Shown piece by piece: positions 45,902 through 54,646 of a stretch of DNA of 64,000 bases (its first letter is position 1; each line of letters begins with the position of its first letter). The stretch is from Anaerolineae bacterium (GTDB lineage: Bacteria > Chloroflexota > Anaerolineae > Aggregatilineales > UBA3940). The notes below the pieces were generated by a model. That model had not been told where the DNA came from. It did not search any database and saw nothing but the letters and a program-made list of their open reading frames with translations. The stretch is from positions 2,486-66,485 of the forward strand of contig DAOTYF010000020.1 of NCBI GenBank assembly GCA_034434995.1, read 5' to 3'. Position numbers and translations under genes: made by a program.

Positions 45902-46030
45902 AGAACCTCTCTTATGGAGCCTGCCCCATCGGGCGAAGAGTAAACTGAACTGCCCCGCGGTCTCCTCTCACAAGCTAGCCGGAAACGCTTCCCCGTTGGC
46001 TGCTGTACTTACGTAGCTTGGGCGATCCTG

Positions 46031-47527
46031 CTATGACCAGCGAGCAATCACAATCTTGCGGTCGGTGAAGAACAGGACAGACTCGGAGCGACCGTGCAGA
46101 TCGCCATAGGCGGATTCTTTCAGCCCTCCCAGGGTGGCGTATGCCTGGGTCGCAGCCACGCCGATGTTGATGCCAATGTTGCCGCATGTTGCCTGGTGCT
46201 GGAACTTGCGGGCGGCAGCCCCGCTGGCGGTGAACAACATGGCCGAGTGGCCAAAGCGACTGCGCTCGATCATGCCAAGGGCTTCATCCAGGTCCTTCGC
46301 GCGGATGATGCAAGCCACCGGCCCGAAGATCTCCTCCTGCGCGATAACCATGTCCGGCGTCACGTCATCGAAGATGGTTGGGCCGACGAATGCGCCATTG
46401 GGGTAGCCCTCAACTTGCACGCCTCGCCCGTCGAGCAAAAGACGTGCCCCCTGCTCGACGCCTTTATTGATGTAGCCGACAATCCGTTCCTTAGCTTTCT
46501 GAGTGACCACCGGTCCCAGCTCTACGCTCTCATCCATGCCGTAGCCGAGTTTCATCTTTGAGGCCGCTGCGACAAGCCTATCCACCAGCGGCTCGTAGAT
46601 ATCGCCTACGGGGACCAGGATCGACCCTGCCAGACACCGCTGCCCTGCCGCACCAAAGAATGACGAGAGGATTGCTGCCACCGTTGCATCCAGGTCGGCA
46701 TCGGGCATGACAACAAAGTGGTTCTTGGCCCCTGTAGCGCACTGACCGCGCTTGCCGAGCGCAGCAGCCTTGGCGTACAGCATTTTGCCAACTGGCGTGG
46801 AGCCGACGAACGAGAAACCTTGCGTGTCTGGGTGCTCCATCAGGGTATTGACCACGTCGGCGTCACCGTGCACTAGGTTGATCACCCCTGGTGGGAAGCC
46901 GCACTGTTCGATCAGCTCGAAGATACGCACCTGAGAGATCGGGACGATAGGGCTGGGCTTATTGATATAGGTGTTTCCGCAGGCCACCGCGTAAGGCAGG
47001 TACTCCAGTGGGACGAGTGCCGGGAAGTTGAAGGACGGCACCATGAAGAACACGCCCAGCGGTACATACAGCACATCCAGGTCGATGTTGGGGGAGATGG
47101 TATCGTGGAGATAGCCTTTCATCAGGGTCGGGATGCCACAGGCGCACTCTACCTCCTCAATGGCACGCCGCATCTCCGCCCGTGCGTCGGAGATCGTCTT
47201 GCCCATTTCCTGGACAAGCGTTCTTGCCAGGCTCTCAAAGTGCTCCTCCATCAGATGCTTGAGGATGAAGAAGGGTCGGGCGCGGCGCACAGGCGGCTCG
47301 TACTGCCATGTACGGAATGCCTCCTTGGCAACCTGGATAGCCTCGGTTACCTCTTCAGGTGTGGAGTATGGAACCTGTGCGATAACCTCACCCGTCGCCG
47401 GATTGACGATGTCGCGCACGTCGGTCGAACTCGACTCGACCCATCGCCCGCCCACGTAGTTTCTGAGCTTGCCATAGTGCTTCTTTGGCTCGGCCAACAG
47501 GGTTGACGCCTGCTGTGTTGCGATCAC
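46031..47527 (-). CDS. mmsA: CoA-acylating methylmalonate/malonate-semialdehyde dehydrogenase-like ALDH
   Basis: VRDIVNPATGEVIAQVPYSTPEEV, FNFPALVPLEYLPYAVACGNTYINKPS, GAAGQRCLAGS and EEIFGPV are present. There is no ELGGK-type Glu motif (GAKNHFVVMPDA), as in MMSDH. Confidence 0.8.
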   Translation of the reverse strand: MIATQQASTLLAEPKKHYGKLRNYVGGRWVESSSTDVRDIVNPATGEVIAQVPYSTPEEVTEAIQVAKEAFRTWQYEPPVRRARPFFILKHLMEEHFESLARTLVQEMGKTISDARAEMRRAIEEVECACGIPTLMKGYLHDTISPNIDLDVLYVPLGVFFMVPSFNFPALVPLEYLPYAVACGNTYINKPSPIVPISQVRIFELIEQCGFPPGVINLVHGDADVVNTLMEHPDTQGFSFVGSTPVGKMLYAKAAALGKRGQCATGAKNHFVVMPDADLDATVAAILSSFFGAAGQRCLAGSILVPVGDIYEPLVDRLVAAASKMKLGYGMDESVELGPVVTQKAKERIVGYINKGVEQGARLLLDGRGVQVEGYPNGAFVGPTIFDDVTPDMVIAQEEIFGPVACIIRAKDLDEALGMIERSRFGHSAMLFTASGAAARKFQHQATCGNIGINIGVAATQAYATLGGLKESAYGDLHGRSESVLFFTDRKIVIARWS

Positions 47528-47604
47528 CGGGCAACCTCCTTGTCAGGTAGCGATGAGCAGTTCAAGATTTGCAATTGCCAGAGCGCGCTGGCGGGGTCAG
47601 GCTG

Positions 47605-48180
47605 CTACCGCAGCCCATCCTCGCCTTTGATATCTTCGTATTTCAAACCTCCCAGCCGGAAGTTCGGGCGGCCCCGGTTTGCCCCGGCCACAATCACCAC
47701 CACCTCGTCCGGCTCCGGTGCGTCGGGGACGGTTACCGTGATGGTGTCGTAGTGGGAGCGCACGAATAGGGCGTCTTTGCAAGCCAGCGGCACATCGATA
47801 CTGCTGCCCATTGCCCCTCGCTTGCCGGTCGAGGAGATCCACGCCTTGCCCCCGCCGACAGCCTCACGGAGCTGGTCAGCAAAGACAGTGGTCAGAAAGG
47901 CATGGGTATGTTCGACTTCACCGTTCGACCCGGCGAGGGCAGCCTTGCCGTAGCTCTGAACCGGGCCGCCCATTGCCTCAACCAGCAGTCTGCTGAGCTG
48001 CCGCCCAAGCTCCACGCTGCCATCTACGATCTCGCTGACATCCTCGGAGTAGCGTCCTGCATAGGGGTTCTTGACCACTGCCGCCACCGCCACCTTGCGC
48101 AGCGGCGGCTCAACCTCGATGCCTGCCTCGCGTACTACATGCTCGACAAACGTGACATACTTGCGTATTTCAAGTGCCAC
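47605..48180 (-). CDS. Amino-acid-synthesis family protein (AA_synth/DUF1185-like), function unknown
   Basis: MALEIRKYVTFVEHVV..PLRKVAVAAVVKNPYAGRY, YGKAALAGSNGEVEHTHAFL and VPDAPEPDEVVVIVAGA match the family as I recall it. Confidence 0.7.
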   Translation of the reverse strand: MALEIRKYVTFVEHVVREAGIEVEPPLRKVAVAAVVKNPYAGRYSEDVSEIVDGSVELGRQLSRLLVEAMGGPVQSYGKAALAGSNGEVEHTHAFLTTVFADQLREAVGGGKAWISSTGKRGAMGSSIDVPLACKDALFVRSHYDTITVTVPDAPEPDEVVVIVAGANRGRPNFRLGGLKYEDIKGEDGLR

Positions 48181-48274
48181 AGCCGAAAGCTCCTTACTGA
48201 GTGGAAAGTAGAAAGTTCAAAGACGAAAAGGCACTACGATGCATCTGCTTTCCACTTTTCGATTCAACTCGCTC

Positions 48275-49060
48275 TCAGCCCGCCCCTTGTGCTGCGCCCA
48301 CCCAGGGCAGGATGCCCTCATACAGGTCATCGGGCAAGCCATCAATATACTGGAGGACGTCGTCCAGCTTCCGCACGTCGCCGTACTTCTCGTTGATGTC
48401 GAACAGGTTGATCTTGTGGCTGACCTCGCCCCGATCCCAGACGCACTCCTCTGGAACAACGACATAGTAGTTGTAGGAAAAGCCATCCACTGCCGTCGCG
48501 CGGATGCATCCACTGGTGGTCGTCCCGGTCAGGATGATCGTGTCCACCTTCATGTCGATGAGATAGCTGACCAGGGGCGTGCCGAAGAAGGCGCTGGGCT
48601 TTTTCTTGACAAAGGTGAAATCGTGTGGTTCAGGTGCGACCTCGGCCACGATCTCGTTACCCTTGTGGCCAATCACGTCGATGGGATCGTCGATGCGATA
48701 GTTCTTGCGGTTCCAGGCCCCGTTATCGGCTTTGTCGGCCCGGCGCTCCCAGGTTGTGTAGAACAGCGGCATATGCTTGCGCCGTGCAGCAGCGATGAGC
48801 TTCTGCAGGGCATAGACACCCTGCCAGCCGACCTCACCACAGCTATAGCGCCAGGTTTGGATCGATTCGAGGATCGGCTTGGGCACGTCTCCCACGAAGT
48901 TATAGATCACGTCCACGATTAATAGGGCGGGACGTTGGCCATAGCCAGCGGGCTTGCCCCACCCTGCCCGCTCGTAGACGATGCGGTCTTGCTCAGTAAG
49001 CACGTCATCCCAGATCGCCACGGTGGTCCTCCACAAGTCCAAGGAATGCTGCGCAGTCAA
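48275..49060 (-). CDS. Isochorismatase-family cysteine hydrolase (amidase)
   Basis: PALLIVDVIYNF supplies the Asp and TGTTTSGCIRATAVDG the nucleophile Cys. Length is 261 aa. Confidence 0.8.
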   Translation of the reverse strand: MTAQHSLDLWRTTVAIWDDVLTEQDRIVYERAGWGKPAGYGQRPALLIVDVIYNFVGDVPKPILESIQTWRYSCGEVGWQGVYALQKLIAAARRKHMPLFYTTWERRADKADNGAWNRKNYRIDDPIDVIGHKGNEIVAEVAPEPHDFTFVKKKPSAFFGTPLVSYLIDMKVDTIILTGTTTSGCIRATAVDGFSYNYYVVVPEECVWDRGEVSHKINLFDINEKYGDVRKLDDVLQYIDGLPDDLYEGILPWVGAAQGAG

Positions 49061-49067
49061 GAGAGGC

Positions 49068-50585
49068 TCAGACTGGCTGAGCTGTCACTTCTGCTGCCAG
49101 TGGATAGCACTGATGGCCCGGCATACGCGGCTGGTAGCGCCCAATTGGCTCACCAACCAGGTGTGGCGCGTCTTCGCCATCTGGCCATTCAGCGACAACG
49201 TTGCCGCGCAAGATGGTCATCACTGGCCAGCCTTTGAAGGTATGGCCCTCAGCAATCGACCAGCCGGAGCGAGTGAACAGATGCTTCTTCGCCAGCGTGA
49301 CTTCCTTGTCCAGATCGACCACAACGATATCCGCGTCTGCGCCCACCTGGAGCGTCCCCTTCTTGGGGTATAGGCCGAATATCTTAGCCGGGTTCTCGCA
49401 GCATACTTCGACCATGCGCTCGATGTTGATACGGCCTTTGTTGACGCCCTCGCTGAGCATGACAGGGGTCAAGAGGCCCACACGCGAGGTGAAGCCGGTG
49501 CGGAGCTTCCAGATGTTCTCGTCGTACATCGCCTCACGGGTGGGCGGATCCCACGCCACCACATGATCGGAACCAACGGCGTCGATCACCCCGGTCGCCA
49601 GTGCCTCCCAGATCTTCTCCACATGGTCGCGCCGCCGGAGCGGAACGTTGATCCGCCAGCCGTTCTCGGGGGTGAGATACAGCCAGGCCGGGCCGGTCTG
49701 GGCATAGATCTTGATCCCCTCACCCCGTGCCCGGAGTATCTCCTCATAAGTCAGGCTGGTGGTAGCATGTTGCACGTATAGAGGGACGCCCGTGATCTTG
49801 GCGATGTAGGCATAGGAACGGACATGGTGCGCCTCGCAGAAATCGGGTGAGCGGTCAGTCCACGCGCCGAAGTCGGTGCGGCCTGCCTCGATCAGCCGTT
49901 TCTCAAAGATGCGGGCGATCTGCCAGTTTTCGGCGTGGATGCATATCACACCCGGCGGACCGATCTGGGCGGTTTTCTCCATCGCCAAGTAGACAGTGCC
50001 ATCGTCAAATCCATGCCCTAACCCGGCGCGCCGGCCACCCCAATACTTGTCGAGTGCCGGTTTCATTGATTGGAGATACAGCTTATGCGATGTGACACCC
50101 CACTTCTCAGCATAGAGGGGGATTTCCTCTGCCTGCTCGTCGGTTTCCAGCATGAAGGTCAGGAAGACATCCACCGCTGATACCCGGTTGATAATGCCAA
50201 TCGCGCCATCTAACACCTGGCTGAACGGGACGACGTGCTCCGGCTGCACATATTCCTGGAACGGCTCAGCCCCCAGGCGGGTGCTCGGTGCGTGGATGCC
50301 CCAAGTGGTTACGCCGATGGCGGCGGCTTCCCATGATTCAGTAGCCAACTCCCGTTCGAACGGCACATAGCAGCCAGGGTGTGCCTCGGAGTCCACCAAC
50401 CCCGGCAGCACATACTTCCCCTTCACGTCAATGATGGTGCGGGCTTCGGGCATGAACGGTCCCCGACCCATCGCTACGATCTTGCCGTCCTTGATAGCGA
50501 TCTCCAGGCCATCCTGCACCCCTGCTGAGGAGACCACGCGCCCGCCGACGATTTTCAGGTCTGCGGCAACTGGTACTGCTGTCAT
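49068..50585 (-). CDS. Dihydropyrimidinase/hydantoinase-like cyclic amidohydrolase with ExH in place of HxH
   Basis: VLPGLVDSEAHPG, TSHKLYL (candidate carbamylated Lys), IHAENW, YVQHATT, VGSDHVV and VGADADIVVVD are present. Length is 505 aa. Confidence 0.8.
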   Translation of the reverse strand: MTAVPVAADLKIVGGRVVSSAGVQDGLEIAIKDGKIVAMGRGPFMPEARTIIDVKGKYVLPGLVDSEAHPGCYVPFERELATESWEAAAIGVTTWGIHAPSTRLGAEPFQEYVQPEHVVPFSQVLDGAIGIINRVSAVDVFLTFMLETDEQAEEIPLYAEKWGVTSHKLYLQSMKPALDKYWGGRRAGLGHGFDDGTVYLAMEKTAQIGPPGVICIHAENWQIARIFEKRLIEAGRTDFGAWTDRSPDFCEAHHVRSYAYIAKITGVPLYVQHATTSLTYEEILRARGEGIKIYAQTGPAWLYLTPENGWRINVPLRRRDHVEKIWEALATGVIDAVGSDHVVAWDPPTREAMYDENIWKLRTGFTSRVGLLTPVMLSEGVNKGRINIERMVEVCCENPAKIFGLYPKKGTLQVGADADIVVVDLDKEVTLAKKHLFTRSGWSIAEGHTFKGWPVMTILRGNVVAEWPDGEDAPHLVGEPIGRYQPRMPGHQCYPLAAEVTAQPV

Positions 50586-50597
50586 GTAAAATCCTCC

Positions 50598-51422
50598 CTA
50601 TTGGTCCCTATTGGAATGAATAGATGCCTGCAACGGGCGATGTTCGTCGTGGGGATTGACCCATCCCAGGCTCGCAGAAATGACACCGGCTTGTTCTATG
50701 ACCGACGCTATCAGCTCAGCTCGCCGTGTCGCCTCGAAATGCGGAAGAATGCCAGCAATGCTCAGCGCACCCACCACTCTGTTGGTATGATCCCGAATCG
50801 GCGCACCGATAGCAGCCACCCCTTCGATGACGTCTTCGGTGCTGTATGTATAGCCTTGCTGACGGGTGAGCAGGATATCGGCCCACAGTTGATCTGGATC
50901 GATCAGGGAATGGGGAGTCATCTGCTTGAACTTGCCCTCTGTGAACAATCGCTGGATCTCCCCATCTGGAAGCGAGGCCAATAGTACACGCGGAGCTGCG
51001 CCGCAGTTGAGAGGCAATCGCCCGCCGATGTCAAGGGCCAACACTCGAACCTGATGCTGGCCTTCCACGCGGTCCAGGCAGAGAGCATCATCCCCATCAA
51101 TAACACACAGATAAGCGGTTTCTTCTGTCTTGCGGGCCAGATGGCGCAAGGGAATCTCGCTGCGCCAGCACAGATCGAGGCCCTGCTGGGCCACTGCTCC
51201 CAGCTTAAAGAGAGCCAGGCCAAGGCGGTACCGCCCGGTATTCTCGTCTTGTTCAATGAAACGGTGGGTTTTCAGAGTGCCCAGCAGCCGGTGAACCGTG
51301 CTCACGCTTAACCCAAGCACTTGGCTTAGCTCGGTCAAGGTCAGTTCTGGGCGCTCGGACTGGAAAGCCAACAGCAACCTTAGAGCGCGCTCGACACTGC
51401 GGACGGTGTTGTCAGAACTCAC
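50598..51422 (-). CDS. IclR-family transcriptional regulator
   Basis: SVERALRLLLAF..LTLTELSQVLGLSVSTVHRLLGTL (wHTH) plus a C-terminal IclR effector domain. It is the first gene of the minus-strand operon, 12 nt from the next gene. Confidence 0.9.
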   Translation of the reverse strand: MSSDNTVRSVERALRLLLAFQSERPELTLTELSQVLGLSVSTVHRLLGTLKTHRFIEQDENTGRYRLGLALFKLGAVAQQGLDLCWRSEIPLRHLARKTEETAYLCVIDGDDALCLDRVEGQHQVRVLALDIGGRLPLNCGAAPRVLLASLPDGEIQRLFTEGKFKQMTPHSLIDPDQLWADILLTRQQGYTYSTEDVIEGVAAIGAPIRDHTNRVVGALSIAGILPHFEATRRAELIASVIEQAGVISASLGWVNPHDEHRPLQASIHSNRDQ

Positions 51423-51486
51423 TCTACCCTCGCTAAGGGGCCTGGGAGGCCGAGCACGCCACCCAGCAACCTCATCCGCCGCCGGA

Positions 51487-51523
51487 TTTCCGTCTGGCGG
51501 AAACTACTTTCGTGATGCGGAAA
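51487..51523. promoter_or_regulatory. Two adjacent candidate operator sites (TTTCCG-N5-CGGAAA type)
   Basis: Site 1 is TTTCCGTCTGGCGGAAA (51487-51503), a perfect 6-bp inverted repeat. Site 2 is CTTTCGTGATGCGGAAA (51507-51523), matching site 1 at 12 of 17 positions. Confidence 0.4.
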
Positions 51524-51536
51524 AGCGCTTATTGAC

Positions 51537-51565
51537 AGTATAGGGGAAACAGCGATCGGAGTCAA
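51537..51565 (-). promoter_or_regulatory. Candidate promoter of the iclR-led operon (TTGACT-N17-TATACT on the minus strand)
   Basis: Plus-strand AGTCAA at 51560-51565 and AGTATA at 51537-51542 read as TTGACT and TATACT on the minus strand. Operator sites 1 and 2 fall just downstream of the predicted TSS. Confidence 0.45.
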
Positions 51566-51572
51566 TAGGGTC

Positions 51573-51602
51573 TTGACTTCGACGCAAAAAAACCCTTATA
51601 CT
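51573..51602 (+). promoter_or_regulatory. Candidate promoter of the ECF-transporter operon (TTGACT-N18-TATACT)
   Basis: TTGACT at 51573-51578 and TATACT at 51597-51602. It sits back-to-back with the minus-strand promoter, with 7 nt between the two -35 boxes. Confidence 0.45.
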
Positions 51603-51636
51603 GCTGGTAGAGGGTGGTTCCATTCTATGAAATGCG

Positions 51637-51653
51637 ATTCCACCTGGCGGAAA
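51637..51653. promoter_or_regulatory. Third candidate operator site
   Basis: ATTCCACCTGGCGGAAA matches site 1 at 14 of 17 positions. It lies about +28 to +44 relative to the predicted plus-strand TSS. Confidence 0.4.
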
Positions 51654-51742
51654 CCCATATTAGCGTCTCGTTATTGGCTGCCCCTTGCGCGCCGAGCCAT
51701 GTGGTAACTTAGGCTGGGCTGGCAACTAGTAAGGAGTATCAT

Positions 51743-52804
51743 GTGGGAAGTCCTGCTGCCTCTCCATCCACGCAGCGTGAGGGAAAAGAGTACGTTCGAA
51801 CATTCCTTTTTTCCATGAAGATCAACTCGCCGCTGGCCCGCCTGCATATCCTGACCAAGGTTGCAGGGGTGCTGTTGATCTCGCTGGTCATCGTCCGCCT
51901 AATGGATATGAACGATCCTGATCCAGTCGGGGCGGTGGCTATGGCGGTTGTCAGCCTGGTAGCCCTTTTTATGGGCGGTGCGCTGATCTGGTTGTTCCGT
52001 TCGTATCTATTCGTGATCTTCCCCATGCTGAGCACGCTGTTCATTACTTGGTTGATCTTTAACCCTGATCGCGGAACGAGGGTCTATCTGGATCTACCGC
52101 TGTACGATGGCACAATAACGCTGGCGTTGTCGCTCAGCCTGTTGACCCTGATCGTCGTCCCCATGATCACCTATCGGTTGACACGCACCTTCTTCTGGGG
52201 CTTGGTTGCCGGAATCGTCTTAGCGGTCGCACTTAACCGCCTAGGGCTGAACCCGAGAATAGTGTTAGCCGAGGTTCCATTCTTTCATTCGCTGAATCTG
52301 GTCGTATCCGACAAGAATGTGGTCGTGGCAACCACCAAGGTTTTCGGCTACGCCACCATGGTCTTCCTCTCGCTCACTCTAGTGATGACCACACGCGACG
52401 CCGAGACTCTCGGCGCGATGCACCAAGCGCGAGTGCCTTACTCTGTGAGCTTCTTTACCTCAGTGATGCTACGCAGTCTGAGCATGGCTGTGCTCGATTA
52501 CGGCACGATCCGGCAGGCCCAGGTGGCGCGAGGGGTGGACATCAAGCGTAAGAGCATCCTAGGGAAGATCCTTGACCTGGCGCGTATCTCCGTGCCATTG
52601 ATCGTGACCATGATCCGGCGTTCAACTGAAGTCGGGGATGCGGTCATGGCACGTGGCATGACACGCCTCTCCACTCAGCCGGTTGAGTTCCGCGAAACCC
52701 GCCCGATCCGCGCCATCGACCTGATTCTGCTGATGCTCTTTGTCCTGCTAGCGATCGCGGTCCTGGGCTTGCACTTCAACCTAACTCATCTGTTAGGGGC
52801 CTAG
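51743..52804 (+). CDS. ECF transporter transmembrane (T) component, CbiQ/EcfT family
   Basis: Multi-TM protein with LRSLSMAVLDYGTIRQAQVARGVD (the conserved Ala-Arg-Gly region). The GTG at 51743 follows AAGGAG. Alternative starts are the ATG at 51815 or the out-of-frame ATG at 51741, which opens a 25-codon uORF ending in ATGA at 51815. Confidence 0.75.
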   Translation: MGSPAASPSTQREGKEYVRTFLFSMKINSPLARLHILTKVAGVLLISLVIVRLMDMNDPDPVGAVAMAVVSLVALFMGGALIWLFRSYLFVIFPMLSTLFITWLIFNPDRGTRVYLDLPLYDGTITLALSLSLLTLIVVPMITYRLTRTFFWGLVAGIVLAVALNRLGLNPRIVLAEVPFFHSLNLVVSDKNVVVATTKVFGYATMVFLSLTLVMTTRDAETLGAMHQARVPYSVSFFTSVMLRSLSMAVLDYGTIRQAQVARGVDIKRKSILGKILDLARISVPLIVTMIRRSTEVGDAVMARGMTRLSTQPVEFRETRPIRAIDLILLMLFVLLAIAVLGLHFNLTHLLGA

Positions 52805-52840
52805 GGGATCGCTATTGCCCTATGAGAGGTAGAGCACCCG

Positions 52841-54646
52841 GTGAACGCTGTCGAGATCCAAGATTTGTACTGGCGATACCCCGCCTTTGTCGGGAGTGAG
52901 AATCCCTGGGCGCTCCAGGGAGTCAACCTGCAGATCGAGCAGGGGGAGTTCTTTGGCATTACCGGTACGAGTGGAGCAGGCAAGACCACTATCTGCAAGG
53001 TCATCCTTGGCCTGATCCCTCATACGATAAAAATTCCTTTTCGGATGGTAAACCATCACATCCGGGGCAAGGTTGTGGTGTTGGGAGAACCTGTGACCGA
53101 GGTTGACGTCAGGGCCAATCCTTCCCCTCAGACTGGCGAGCCGCTGGGTGCGATCACGGGCCGGGGGGTCATGGCACCCAGGGTTGGCATGGTTTTCCAG
53201 GACCCAGAGAACCAGTTCCTTCGGATGAGTCTGCTGCACGAGGTCTCCTTTGGCCTTCAGCTACTCAAGCTGCCGGAAGACGAGATCGAGCGCCGCGCCC
53301 GAGAGGCACTGGAAATGGTAGGGCTGGGAGACCTATGGCCCGTGGCAGAGTATCTACACCCGGCGGATCTCTCTGGCGGGCAGAAGCAGCGCGTCGCTAT
53401 CGCCTCCTTTCTGGCAATGCGCCCGGAGGTGCTGATCCTCGATGAGCCAACAAGCGATCTGGATCCGCTAGGCAAACGTGAGGTCATTGCGACCACGCAC
53501 CGTCTCAAGCAGCTACATAACCTGACGGTTATCATGGTGGAGCAGGACCCGGACACATTGGCGACGTTCTGCGACCGGGTGGCCCTGGTCAGTGACGGGC
53601 GCGTCGAACTAGTCAGCACACCACGAAAGTTCTACACTAATATGGCTGCGCTCGGCGGGCGGGGTATCTACACCTTCGAGGTCTCACGGATCGCAAATGG
53701 CGCGCGCGAGCGTCTGGGAGATCGGATTCCTATCAGCGTGGAGGAAGCGGTAGCGATCTTCCCCCGCGACGTGGATGGCAGTGGCATCACCGTTGATCCG
53801 CCCTCCACGGGAGAGGTGCTAGTGGAGGTTCAGAATCTCTGGTTCCGTTACGACGATGGCACAGTTGCCCTCAAGGGGGCCGATCTGACGTTACGGCGCG
53901 GTGAGTTCTTGGCTCTGTTGGGCAACAATGGCAGCGGCAAGACGACGCTTGCCAAGGTGCTCAACGGTATCTACCGGCCCTGGAAAGGGACTGCCCGCGT
54001 TCTGGGGCAGGATATCATGCACCCCCGGGTCCGGGCACAATTGCCTCGTTATGTTGGTTATGTGTTCCAAAACCCTGATCACCAAATCTTCACTCGCCGT
54101 GTGTACGACGAGGTGGCCTACGGGTTGCGCAACATGGAACTCAGTGGCGAGGAGATAGAAGCCCGCGTACTGGGAGCCTTGGAGGCGGTTGATCTGCTGG
54201 ACAAGAGAGAAGAAGACCCCTTGTTCCTGGGCAAAGGACAACGTCAGCGCCTTGCGGTGGCCTCTATCTTGGCCATGAAGCCAGAGATCATCATCGTAGA
54301 CGAGCCAACCACCGGCCAGGATTTTCGTATGGTGACCAGCATTGCCAGGTTGCTGCGCGACCTGCACGAGCAGGGCCGGACGATCTTGATTATCACGCAC
54401 GATATGACTCTGGTGGCTGACTATTGCAAGCAAACCGTGGTCATGCTCGATGGGCGGACCGTGTTTCGCGGCACGCCGCGTGAGCTGTTTTCCAATCAGG
54501 ATGTGGTCAACGCGACGCGGCTGCGTGTACCACAAGCCATCGCTACAAGCTGCGCAATCCGCAAGGAACAGCCGGATTTTCCTCTCCTGCTCAACGTTCA
54601 GGAATGGCTGGCGGCGCTCTCCCGGCAGGTGGTGGAAAGCCGATAG
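52841..54646 (+). CDS. Fused duplicated ECF/CbiO-type ABC ATPase (EcfA1-EcfA2 fusion)
   Basis: Two complete nucleotide-binding domains: GTSGAGKTT..LSGGQKQRVAIA..LILDEPTSDLD and GNNGSGKTT..LGKGQRQRLAVA..IIVDEPTTGQD. Confidence 0.9.
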   Translation: MNAVEIQDLYWRYPAFVGSENPWALQGVNLQIEQGEFFGITGTSGAGKTTICKVILGLIPHTIKIPFRMVNHHIRGKVVVLGEPVTEVDVRANPSPQTGEPLGAITGRGVMAPRVGMVFQDPENQFLRMSLLHEVSFGLQLLKLPEDEIERRAREALEMVGLGDLWPVAEYLHPADLSGGQKQRVAIASFLAMRPEVLILDEPTSDLDPLGKREVIATTHRLKQLHNLTVIMVEQDPDTLATFCDRVALVSDGRVELVSTPRKFYTNMAALGGRGIYTFEVSRIANGARERLGDRIPISVEEAVAIFPRDVDGSGITVDPPSTGEVLVEVQNLWFRYDDGTVALKGADLTLRRGEFLALLGNNGSGKTTLAKVLNGIYRPWKGTARVLGQDIMHPRVRAQLPRYVGYVFQNPDHQIFTRRVYDEVAYGLRNMELSGEEIEARVLGALEAVDLLDKREEDPLFLGKGQRQRLAVASILAMKPEIIIVDEPTTGQDFRMVTSIARLLRDLHEQGRTILIITHDMTLVADYCKQTVVMLDGRTVFRGTPRELFSNQDVVNATRLRVPQAIATSCAIRKEQPDFPLLLNVQEWLAALSRQVVESR

